This document shows positions 1 through 11,417 of a stretch of DNA of 64,000 nt, piece by piece; position 1 is the stretch's first letter, and each line of letters starts with the position of its first letter. A program made the translations under genes and the position numbers. Location of the stretch: assembly GCA_001642005.1 (NCBI GenBank), contig LWCA01000054.1, positions 2,116-66,115 on the forward strand, given 5' to 3'. This stretch comes from Intoshia linei. Lineage: Eukaryota > Animalia > Orthonectida. The notes beneath the pieces were generated by a model. It made no database searches. It was not told the origin of the DNA and saw only the letters and a program-made list of their open reading frames with translations.

Positions 1-2832
1 GTAAATTATTCAAATGATCATTTCCTGGATATTTTTGAAAAGCAAGACATTATATATTTAACAAGTGACTCGGAAAATGTAATTGACAAATTGCAAGATG
101 GAAAATGCTATGTGATAGGCGGGCTAATTGATCGAAATAGACATAAAAATTTATGCCTCACAACAGCTCAAGATTTACAACTTTATCATGCACGTTTACC
201 AATTCCCTCTGATTTATTAACTACATCAACTGTTTTAACCACCAACCAAGGTTATTTTACTATTTACAATATACTATGCGAGCCATTGTCAACGTGTGGT
301 ACGCGTTCCATTTTGTGATTCTTTTGGGAATTTTGGTGGCCCATGGTTATTTTTATGTAACACTAGCTTGAGTGTTATGTACTTAGTATAAACAGGAACT
401 AGCACTGTCGAGGGCGGACTTTTACAATTTTACCAAAAAATAGATCCAATAATAAAATCTTCTTTCACATGGATCCGTCATATCACATTATCTTTTCATT
501 TAAAGTGAAATATTCCATCTTAATTTTATTGTTAATATTTGTGTAAAGAATTTTAAAAACAATTTTTAGACCCCATTTTTTTAATTTATTAGAGAGATTG
601 AGTACACTGTATAATCTTAAAAATAAAGTCAAAACAGTACAATCCTAAAAATTGTCATAAATAATTTAAATTCCAAAAAAAATTGTAAATACGGGTATTC
701 AGTACATACCCTTTGCATCGATAAGAGATTTAATCGACGTGGCATACTATGAACGAGATGACATACACGACAAACTATAAAACTATCCGGAAATGTAATA
801 CTCCTATTCAAACATCGTGTGTTGTAAGTTTCTTCTTTTTTCCTCTAGACTCTAGGCCAATGGCCAACTCTAAAGGTGACAATCACACTTTATTAGTTTG
901 CAATTCTAAACACTATTAAAATAATGCTATTTATTTTTATAAATATTTATTACTGGCTTAACTATACATTTCAATTAATAAATGTATTATCTATTTTAGT
1001 TTAAAATAATTCATTATTTTAAACTGGGATTTTCTTTTGTACTCTACCAAAACCTCTCTTATATCCCAGACTAAATTAACTTTTTCATTGCAATTGTTGA
1101 TAAACCACGATTCCAGGTCATCTACCGATTTGCAACATTGTTGAAATGTTATAATTCTAAAATATAGATTAAATAGTTGAATTTAAGCAGCTACTTATCG
1201 TTTTCAGGTATGGTTGATTTGGTACATTCATCCTCTTATTTTCACTGAATTGTTTTATGAATATATGATCAGATTCAGAAATTTCTTCATATATATTTTC
1301 AAATATAAAATCGATTTTGTAGGATGATTCGATATTAGAATTTTTTATTTCATTATTCCAACAATTGGAAATCGTCGTATTCGACACCTCTCTCCAAACC
1401 TGATTTATAGATAGCAGGGCCTCATAAACGTCTATTTTTTTATTAAATCAAAATGTCTTTCAGAATCAATATCATGTATGTTATCAAGTTCAAACAATAT
1501 CTTATTTTTCGTAATGGATTTATATTTATCCTTGAATGCTTTTATTATACCTTGGTCTAAGGGTTGCAATTTCAAAAAAGGAAATCTATGTTGGACAATT
1601 CTATTCCATAAAAATGCACTGGTGCGTTATCAAGTGTTAACAAAATTTTTCAATTTTTATTTTTGTATTTAAATTAAGTAACCAATTGTTGAATATAACA
1701 GCAGTCATCCAAGCATTTCTAGAGTGAGAATATTCTACACTTAACTTTTTTAAGGTTTTTTGTTTTCCATTAAAGCATCTTGGATTTTTAGCTTTACCAA
1801 TAACCAATGGTGCTAATTTTTCTCCAGACATACTGGCACAAAATAAAATAGTTAACCTATCTTTATATTGTTTATAGCTTAAGTTAGTGTCATTATGTGC
1901 TACTAAACTTCTATTTCTGGTGCCTTTATACAGTAAACCAGTTTCATCACAATTAAATATATTGTCAGAATTATATTTTTTTAATTTTTTTTCGTAAATA
2001 GGTTTAAAATTATCAATCAAACTTTCGGGTACGAAGCCTGACTCTCCTATCAAAAATTTTGATTTTATATTATATCTATTTCTAAAGGAATTCAGCCATT
2101 CGGTTGAGGCACAAAAATTAAATATATTAGCAGATTCGGCTAATTTCAAGGCCATTATTTTGAGACTATCGCCAGATATGGAATGATGCATATGACGTCT
2201 ACTAACAAACCATTTAAATAAAGTGCTGTCAATTACATTGGTTTTCAAAAGTTTACGTTGTCTTTTATTTCTGTTATCATCAATTTGTAAAAGTTTTTCC
2301 TTATTTGATAAGATTCTATTTATTGTACCTATCATTATTAATATTATAAAAAGCTTAAATATATTTACCTAACGAAATTTTAAATTTAGTTGCCAGTTCC
2401 CGCTGTGAACAATGTGGATTCTGATCGTAGAAACAAATAATATCCTTTTTTTTCCTTTAAATTTAAGTCTACTCGTTTTCTTTTATTGTTCATATTTACA
2501 ATATAAAAAATAAAAAATCACGCTATAAAATGATAATATATTTGAATTGTCTTGGTATTCGAAAATATTTTTAGTTCAATGTTCAGATCGACAATGTTCA
2601 AATTAAAATTTTCTCATTGTATAGTAACCCTTAGAAAATATATCATAATTTGTTCAAAGTCGCAATGTTCGGATTATGCAGATTTGACTGTATATTAAGT
2701 AATTCTATATTAATTGTATCTTTGTATTATTTTTAATTTTTAGTTTTTGAAATACTAGTAAAAGTGGGAAATGGTGAAACCTGGTCAAATTCAATCAATA
2801 CAATAATTCCTGCGAGAAAATTAAAGAAATGA
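1..2832 (+). CDS. TRMT10: tRNA m1G9 methyltransferase (TRM10/TRMT10 family), 3' part; exons <1-250 and 2744-2832
   Basis: Frame +1 reads IIYLTSDSENVI..YVIGGLIDRNRHKNLC..HARLPI..STVLTTNQ. GT at 251 and AG at 2742-2743 join this to VFEILVKVGNGETWSNSINTIIPARKLKK*, which matches the SPOUT TRM10 C-terminal motif. Confidence 0.93.
363..690 (-). mobile_element. Non-autonomous Helitron, 3' fragment, in TRMT10 intron
   Basis: CTAG terminus at 363-366, followed by sequence shared with the copies at 7353, 37738 and 44944. Confidence 0.7.
1010..2690 (-). mobile_element. pogo/Tigger-family DNA transposon (degenerate), in TRMT10 intron
   Basis: One terminus reads TA|CAGTCAAATCTGCATAATCCGAAC on the minus strand, at 2690. 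The second TIR was not found, so the left boundary is approximate. Contains a CENP-B/DDE_1 transposase. Confidence 0.85.
1169..2493 (-). pseudogene. Tigger/CENP-B-like transposase pseudogene (HTH_psq, HTH CENP-B, DDE_1)
   Basis: ATG at 2493 (MNNKRKRVDLNLKEKK), a frameshift in an A-run, then CSQRELATKFKISLG, a 40-nt intron (2368-2329), and TINRILSNK..WLNSFRNRY..IFNCDETGL..GEKLAPLVIGKAKNPRCF..NAWMT. After another frameshift it reads LDNAPVH..LQPLDQGII. Confidence 0.9.
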
Positions 2833-3045
2833 TTTTGTTTATGTGCATTAAAAGTGATTTATTTGTATGATAAAAATGTATTTGGGTCAATAATATATAT
2901 GTCACTATGATTTTATAATTTTATTAAATTTTTGTAGTATCGACGTGATTTTTGCAAATAGATCGTTGTCTTGTATTTACAGAATAATTGGATATTTTTC
3001 AAATAATTATCAATTATAGTAATAATTTACTGATATATTCATTTA

Positions 3046-6000
3046 ATGAAAATGAGCGTTATGCTATCAGATAAACAAGATTCTATTAATATGAAAAGTG
3101 CATCTAGCGATCGTAGGTGTAGAATTGTGGAAAGTATAGTTCTTGCTGCTGTTGTAATTATATCTGTATGTGTGGTTATGATTGCATTGCTAAACTCAAT
3201 TCAATGGTAAAAATCAATACCAATTTTTGAAATTTTTAGGCATATTCAAAGGTTCTGGGGTATATCTGGAAATTTTTGGAATGGTATTTACAAATATTTG
3301 TACGAACATTATGGAAAATTGTCACCGTTTCTATTTTTAATGTTTGGTAATGCTGTAAATGTAAAATTATTTATTTTTATAAAGGTATGGGATTGTCGAG
3401 TCATATTCCATTTATACTTTTAAATTTACCATTACTGATAATTGACGTGTTTGAATGGCCATCTTGGTTAACTTGTTACAAAATTCAACCTCATCGAAAA
3501 GTGATTTGTTTTTAAAATTAATACATTCATTGTAAAATAGTTGAATGTTCAAAGACTACCCAAATTGCTGAAACAAGTTATTTTTAATCAAATTATTGTG
3601 GCTTCGATAACTGCTTTTATATTTTGTAAATTGCAATTTTTGAGATCTCCAGGTGTTGTAACTGATGATATTCCAACTTTTCAAAGATATATTATTGATA
3701 TCACTATATTTTCATTTGTTGAAGAAATTCTCTTTTACTATTTTCATAGGTATACATTTTTATTTAAATTTAACTTGACGTGTCATTGTATTGATTCTGA
3801 TTGAGTGACTTGATTTGATTAATCATTCTGTAGTGAATTTTACATCTTTGTGTTGCTCACAGTGTATGAGTTAATATTACCGTTCAATGAACAGTGTTCA
3901 TTATACTATTTCTTTTAATATTTTCGGAGGGGATTGAGAAATTTTTTTGTCAAATATGTTTACCATAATCTTACAAGTAACCCTGCGGGGTAGGGGTATA
4001 CAGACTATTTTTGGGATAATGACGAACCATATGGTCTATCGAGTGAAAAATTGAAAAATGTACTTAAATTTTATATTTTTGTATCTGTACAATTGGCTTA
4101 TCTTTACTTTCGCTTTTTAATAGTTAATCTGATTTTAACGAGCCGATAAAGGGTACTAATAAAAAATTTTAACGGAAACGGGCATTCAGACTACTTAGAC
4201 AAGAATTTTTCCAGCTTATGAAAAGTATAATTTTCTTATTAACCCAAATTTTTACGGTGAGATTAACGTTAATGAGGAAATTCGTCGGTTAATAAGGCAT
4301 TGCTAAAATTGCTAAAACTTTGTAATTTTTATTTTTATTATTTCAATTATCTCATTGTATTTAGATTGGCTCATCATCCAAGTTTATATAAATATGTTCA
4401 CAAACAACACCATGAATGGAAGGTAGTATTATATTTTAAAAAAAAAGATATATTTTTTAAAGACTTCAATTGGGTTAACATGTGTTTATGCTCATCCGAT
4501 AGAACACACATTGGTTAATTTAATCCCAGTTTTGGCTGGACCTCTTCTTACAGGAGCGCACGCGTCTTCCATTTGGATTTGGCTCGTTATTACCATAATA
4601 TCTACAATTATTTCTCATTGTGGGTATCATTTCCCATTTTTGCCTTCTCCTGAATCACACGATTATCATCATGTTCAGTAAATTTTACTTTCATTTATAA
4701 ATAATTACAGAATTGCAATACTGTATACAAAAAAAAATTTTATTCTTGTAATATTTCGTTTTTTTCGAGGCTATGAACACTACAATATGAATATTTTAGA
4801 CTTAATAATTGTAGTGTTTATTTGGGTGACCAAAAAAAGTAAACTATAGAAATTTAAAAAGTAGTTTTGAAAATGTTAAAGAAATTGTGTGAAACTTGCT
4901 TGTACCAGTAATCAGTAATAAAAATGATTATTATTTCTATAGTTTTACATTAACTGATCAACATGACTGATTTTTCTAAATTTGGAAAAAAATATTTTTA
5001 AATGTAGTAGAGAGAATAAGAATCTATAGCGCTATACTAAATTTCAAAGGCTTAAACTTTAATATTTCGATTTAATATTACATTAACTTGATTGTTTTGT
5101 ACTTGGTAACAAGCGCATTAGCTCTGCTGAGAGAAGACTTTTTTAATTTTATCCAAAAATAAAATCTTACTTAAAAATAAAATTAAACCGTTTTATCTAT
5201 TACTAATCATTTAAAGCAGCCATTCTCAACGGGTCCACAGCAGTTTTTGGGGCCCATAAAAAATTATTTAGAGAAATAAAAAAGTAAAAATAATATTTCG
5301 GGAATGACAGCAATTATTTCTAATTAACGCCATCTAATTTAATATCTTTTTTCCATTACAACTAAATTAAATTGAATACATTAAATACTCCATATAAACG
5401 TGAAAACAATAATTATATATCCTTTACTTATATAAAATTGAATATCTGTGTGTTACCGTATATTAAAAAAATTGAAAGTCGTAAAATTTAATAACCCAAT
5501 GTATAATACATTGTTTCCCATGGCGAGTTTATATCTATTTTTCAGTTTCCGAATTTGAGTTTTTCAGGGCCAAAACCCCAATTTTCCATTTTGCTTTCAA
5601 ATACAATCAGCCCAAAAATTTAATAAAACAAAAAATTCCTGGACGCGTTTTAAAATCATTAATATTGTCGTATATCTCAAATCTCAGAAACGCATACTTT
5701 CATAGTCAAAACCACAAATTACCCTATGTTTAAAAAATGAAACATGTCCTAAAATTTTATAAAACATATATTCTAAGATAGTTTTTAAAATAATAAGCAT
5801 TATAATAAATGGAAACCTCAAAAAAGTGTATTTTCAGTACCAAAACCCCAGATTGCCTTTTTTTAAAATGTAATGATGAAGTAAATTTAGAGGTAATGAT
5901 TTTCAAACGCGTCCTAGAATATATGTTTTATTTAATTTTAGGGTTCCTTTTTTTTAAAATAAAGTATAATTGAATTTTTGACCCTGAAGGACTCAATTTC

Positions 6001-6995
6001 GGGAAATAAAATTGCGATGCTGCATCACCATTAAAAAACTCTATTACCAATAGGAATTTTTTTAAATAAACGATAACACACACACATAACATTTTATATA
6101 TGTAATGTATATTAGTTTTTTTGGGTTCACAGCTTTTTTTCAATATCATCGTAGGGTTCACAGTAAAAAAGAGTTGATAATGTCTGATTTAAAGCAGTGA
6201 TTCCGATTGTGCTTTCTGAGATTTAAATAAAATATAAAAAATTTTTATCAATTTTGTTTATAAATAATTTTTCATATATATTAGAGTTTTCGATGTATTA
6301 ATTTATCCTAAACTCTTGACGACCGCGACATTATAATCCCACTTTTATCCCACCATTAATAAAATTTAAATTTAAATAAAAAATATAATTTCAAACCTTC
6401 AGGAAAAAATCGACTTAAACCTAAATAAAAAATTCAATTTTACCAACCCTTAATGGAAAAATTCTTTTTTTCCAATATTTTTTTGAAACCACGATTTTAC
6501 TAAATCTTATGAGAAAAACGTTTAATTTTGTCATAAATGTTTAATATTTCATGTCCTTGGGGTCCAAAAATAATAAATTTTTTCAAATGGAGGTCCGTAC
6601 ATTATTTGAATCGGGAACTACTGATTTAAAGGAATGGTTCCCAACGTGTGAAGAAAATTTTTTATTTTTAAATTCTTGGACTATTAACTATATCAAATTT
6701 GTTGTTTTCTGTTAATGAAATAATTTCACAAAAAAAGTGTAAATTGTTTTTTTAACCATGAAGGCTTAACTTTGTTAAATTTAAACTTTTTATGGATGTG
6801 TATGTTCATATTTATAGTTTTTCTTTTAAATTTACGTTTTAACTTAGATTCAACAATAATTTTGGTGTATTGGGTATATTAGATAAATTACATGGTACAG
6901 ATATCCATTTTAAAAACTCGGATACTTACCAATATCACTATGTTAGCATGTGCTTAAAACCATTTGATCGAAAAGACTATAACAAATCGTTGTAA
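3046..6995 (+). CDS. FAXDC2: Fatty acid hydroxylase domain-containing protein 2 (sterol desaturase family), ~7 exons
   Basis: Spliced product contains WHIQRFWGISGNFW, YKIQP, the His boxes YYFHRLAHHP, HKQHHEW and HDYHH, YAHPIEH, and NNFGVLGILDKLHGTD. The last exon is 6848-6995. Confidence 0.93.
5217..6186. mobile_element. hAT-type non-autonomous element carrying a nested Helitron fragment
   Basis: Ends are CAGCCATTCTCAAC and GTTGATAATGTCTG. It is flanked by the 8-bp duplication ATTTAAAG (5209-5216, 6187-6194). Confidence 0.75.
6195..6623. mobile_element. Second hAT-type MITE, directly adjacent to the first
   Basis: Ends are CAGTGATTCCGATT and AATCGGGAACTACTG, flanked by ATTTAAAG (6187-6194, 6624-6631). 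Related sequence occurs at ~14260-14540 and ~24120-24629. Confidence 0.75.
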
Positions 6996-7352
6996 TTGTA
7001 TTGTAAATTATAAATTGTAAACATACATATTAAACCAAACTTTTACGGTTGATTTATTTTTGTAATCCAACAGAACAAAAAATGGACACAAAACTGTGTT
7101 CAGTTAGGTTTATTAATAACACAGTCCAAGACAAAAAAAAACAAGGACGATGAATACATCATCTTGTTCGTCTCAATAAGCTGATCAACGTGATGCCAAT
7201 ATTGTTTTTCAATCACGTGCAGATTTTTAAATTGAGGTTAAAGTTGCAAAAATGCCCAAAACAGGAGGTTTTCTTAGTCATTTTGAACACAATTAGAAAC
7301 GTCAACTATGTATTATATACTGCACAATACATAGCTAACATATTATACTATA

Positions 7353-8506
7353 CTAGCTTGATTGTTATATACTATGTACATACAGCATTTAGCTCTGCCG
7401 AGAGCACATTTTTATAATACCAAAAAAATAAATTCATGTTGAAAATCTAACTTGAAAATCCTACTATTCACTATTATCAATCCTTTAAAAGAGTGGTTAT
7501 CTCATTTTTTTAATTTATTAGACAGAATGTGTGTATAATATTAAAAATGAAATAAAAACAGTCCAATCTCAAAAATTGTCATAAATAGCATAAATTCCAG
7601 AAAAAATTAAATTATAAAAACATATTTTGTTTGAAAAAAATTGCAAAGGAATGAATTATATAGATTTTCACCCATGTCTTTATTGGAAATGTGTAGACGT
7701 ACAATGCACATTTTTTTTAAATTGTAGGATCAATATTTACATTTTCAATTTTTGATTTTAATCGAAATGTTTGAAAAATATTGATTGATAATATATTAAA
7801 AATTATTTTTCACTTGGAATGCTTAGATTTCTGGGATTGATTTTGTATTTATATTAGCTGAAATAAGCTCTATCAGAATAATTTTTTTTTTAATTTTCGG
7901 ACCGCTAATTATTTCACATTTATTGTTTTAATAAAATAGTTCGGAAAAAAAATATATGAATACTAAAATGCTTTTTTGACCGTGAAGTCGTCACTTATTC
8001 AAATTGAAATTTTTTATGTGTGTTAACATAATACAACTCTACCACCTGTAAATTTTTTGAAATTCTAGAGCTGTTTGAAAAAAAAAGGGAATTTGTGGTT
8101 TTGGCCTTGAAGATATAATTTTTTTAAATTTAAATTTATGATAATGTTTATGATTTTAAAATCCGTATCAGCGTATATATTTTTTTAAATTCTCGAACTC
8201 GTTTGATTTTCAAAAAAAAGACAATTGGGATATATATTTTTTTAAATTCTCCAACTCGTTTGATTTTCAAAAAGAGGGACAATCATTTTTTTAAATTCTC
8301 TAACTAGTTTGATTTTCAAAAAGAGGGACAACATGGTTTTTGATTCGTAAGATGTGAAATTGGGAGGTTGAAATATATCTTATTATACGTCTCGTAAAAA
8401 ACTGTAATTTAAATGTGGCTTTAAAAAAATCTAAGAGTGGTAGTTATTTTAATAAAGTGAACAGACACACAAACAAAAATCGCGTAGCCTTTTATATAAG
8501 TTAGGA
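7353..8506 (-). mobile_element. Non-autonomous Helitron with both termini
   Basis: Minus strand reads A|TCCTAACTTATATAAAAGGCTACGCG..(TG)n....CAAGCTAG|T. This is a 5' TC and 3' CTAG between A and T with no TSD. A ~55-bp unit is triplicated internally at ~8175-8335. Confidence 0.85.
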
Positions 8507-10284
8507 TTTTATTTAATCAAAAATATTAAGATTATAGAAACAGCAATACAACTTTTAAACGCAAGGTTAAATTGCAATAAAATGTAAATTGTAATACAAA
8601 TTATAAAATTGATTAAAAAATGTAATTAAAATCTATTTTATCAAAAAATTAATTTTGTATTAAAAAATAAATTTACTAAATAGTAAATTAGTAAATAGAA
8701 TATAAAGAAAATTTTTTGTAAGCGTAATATACATATTCCCTTTTTTTAAATAAATGTATTATCCATCTGCGTTATTAAACATTTAAGTGTTCTGTTACAA
8801 TTTAGAAGCATTTTAAATTTCAACGTGATATAAAAGTTAAGTAGATAAATTTTCAAATTTTACGATTTCATCATAAAATCGAAATTAATTTTGAAATTGT
8901 ATTTTAAAATTTATATAAATGAGCGAGTAAGAGAATTGGCTAATAGTGTAGCGAATACTGTATTTTAAAAATAAGCAATATTTAATACATCTATTTCCAT
9001 TTAAAATATAAAAAAATTTTCAATGTTAAGTCAAGCCTTGATGTTCAAAAAACTAAGTTTCAGAATTCAAAAAAAGATTGCATTTACATGTTAAGGTGTT
9101 AATAGTTTTTTCCGTTAAGTTTCCATGTGAAGTTAAGGCTTCATGTCCAAAAAAGCAATTGACGGTTTACTCTTTTTATTGAGAAATTATTTCATTAACA
9201 ACAACAAAAAATTTAGTATTTAAAAATTTAATAAAAAAAGAAAAACAAAAATTTGATACAATGAATGGATCCAGAATTTAAAAATAAAAAATTATCCTTA
9301 CACTTTATGAAACCATTCATTTAAAAGATTTGCAATAGTGAATAGTATCATTTTTGTGTAAGATTTTATTTTTTTGGTATAATTAAAACAGTCTGCTCTA
9401 GCAGATCTAGGTGCTGCTTGTACAAAGTACAAAACAGTCAAGTTGATTTATTATAAAATTATATTTTTTTCAATAATTTTTTACTATTGGTCATAATTCT
9501 GAGGACTGCAGCTCATCAGTCCTTAAAAACGGGACGCCACTGATCATCAACCAATATTTTTCAAATTTTTAAAATTAAATTTAAAATCAAAATGTAAATA
9601 TAAATATTTATTTTACAATTTCAATAAAAATAATAGTAAAATTTTGAGATTTATTTCAAAGTAAACCAATTGAAAAAAATAAAAAAATTTAAACTGTGTT
9701 TGTTTCAATTGATTTAAGAAAGTTAACTGTATAGAGTTTTCAAAACGTCAATTTCGAATACAGTTTTTAATGGAAAATGAGGTTAAAACACCCATTATCC
9801 ATATTATTTTTTTAAATTAAAACCAAAACCAGAATTATAAAAAATACACAATATGATAAAAATTTTACCTTTTTAAATTTATTTGCAACTGTTGTCTATG
9901 TTTCTTAAAAAAACATTATTATCTCTCAATACCTCCATTGAATGTTGCTCTAACAAACGAAGTGACCGAACGTGGAATACACAGAGTCCAATACCATCGT
10001 GAAAGAGCGTCAGTCAAGGATATTGATGATTAATTATTACATTACAGTGTTAATCATCTTAAAAATTATAATAAATTTAAGTCTTTATTTATCAATTTAA
10101 ATGTTATTTTAAATTTTAATTAACATTATATGAATTGTAAATAACAATTTTAACAATTTAAAATTTACAGGATTTTATTAACGATTTAATTTCTCAAATT
10201 CTGGCAATTTACATTATTTAAATTGTATTTAATGTATATAATTTAGCAAAAATCCAAAAAATTGAGCTAGAAACAAATTTAAAA

Positions 10285-10598
10285 AAAAAGGTAGTTTGGG
10301 GTTTTGGCCCTGAAGATATATTTTTTTTAAATTTAAATATATGATAATATTTATGATTTTAAAATCTGTATCAGAGTGTATATTTTTTATATTTTCGAAC
10401 TCGTTTGATTTTCAAACAAAGGATAATTGGGGTTTTTGACCCGTAAGATCTCAGTTAAGGAGGTTGAAATTAATCTTACTTTCACCCGGAAAAAAACTAT
10501 AATAGAAATGTGGACTTTATAAAATTCTAAGACTCGTAGTTATTGAAATAAACGATAACACACACACAGACAAACAAAGCGTTTTATATAAGTAAGGA
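10285..10598 (-). mobile_element. Helitron 5' fragment immediately upstream of UFC1
   Basis: Ends in ..ACACACACAGACAAAC..TTTTATATAAGTAAGGA|T, the family 5' terminus. Confidence 0.75.
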
Positions 10599-10639
10599 TA
10601 ATCAATAAAGATATATTGATTTTTAACACACATTTTTAA

Positions 10640-11220
10640 ATGGATGAAAAAACACAACATTTGATAGGTCGCATACCAGAACATACAATGAACATTGGAC
10701 CAAGAGATCATGATTTATGGGTAGATAGATTAAAGTCAGAATACATGTCAATTATAAAATATGTAGAAAATAACAAACAGGACGATAACGATTGGTTTGA
10801 AATAGAATGTAACAGTGATGGCACCAAATGGTTTAATTATAATATTATATTCATGACGTTAATTTAATTTCAATTAGGTTCGGAAAGTGTTGGTATATTC
10901 ACAATATGCAGCGTTACGAATTTAAAATGACATTTGATTTACCTGCTTTCTACCCATCAATTGCCCCAGAAATTTGTTTACCTGAATTGGACGGAAAAAC
11001 TGCCAAAATGTATAGAGGTGGTAAAATTTGTTTAACTGATCATTTCAAACCGCTTTGGGCTCGGAACGTTCCAAAGGTGAATATTTAATTTGTTGAGATT
11101 ATATTTTGACTGTAAATTTAGTTTGGAATAGCCCACTGTTTAGCTTTGGGATTAGCACCTTGGTTAGCTGTTGAAGTGCCGGAATTGGCGTCAAAAAAGT
11201 TAATTACTCCTGTTTCTTAA
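10640..11220 (+). CDS. UFC1: UFM1-conjugating enzyme (E2); exons 10640-10830, 10878-11076, 11122-11220
   Basis: [83 protein letters not shown]. The catalytic Cys is present. Confidence 0.97.
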
Positions 11221-11417
11221 AAATTTATATATACTATTGTTTCATGTGTAAATAAAATTTACAAATTGATACAAATCCAAAAGTGTAATTAAAAAAATTC
11301 TGATTGTAATAATTAGTTTGAGGCAACAATCTTGATATTTCCAAGAAATTATTATTTATTTACTCCAACTACCAACTGATTATTGATTATGACTTGGGGC
11401 ATTAGAAAAATTTTTAA

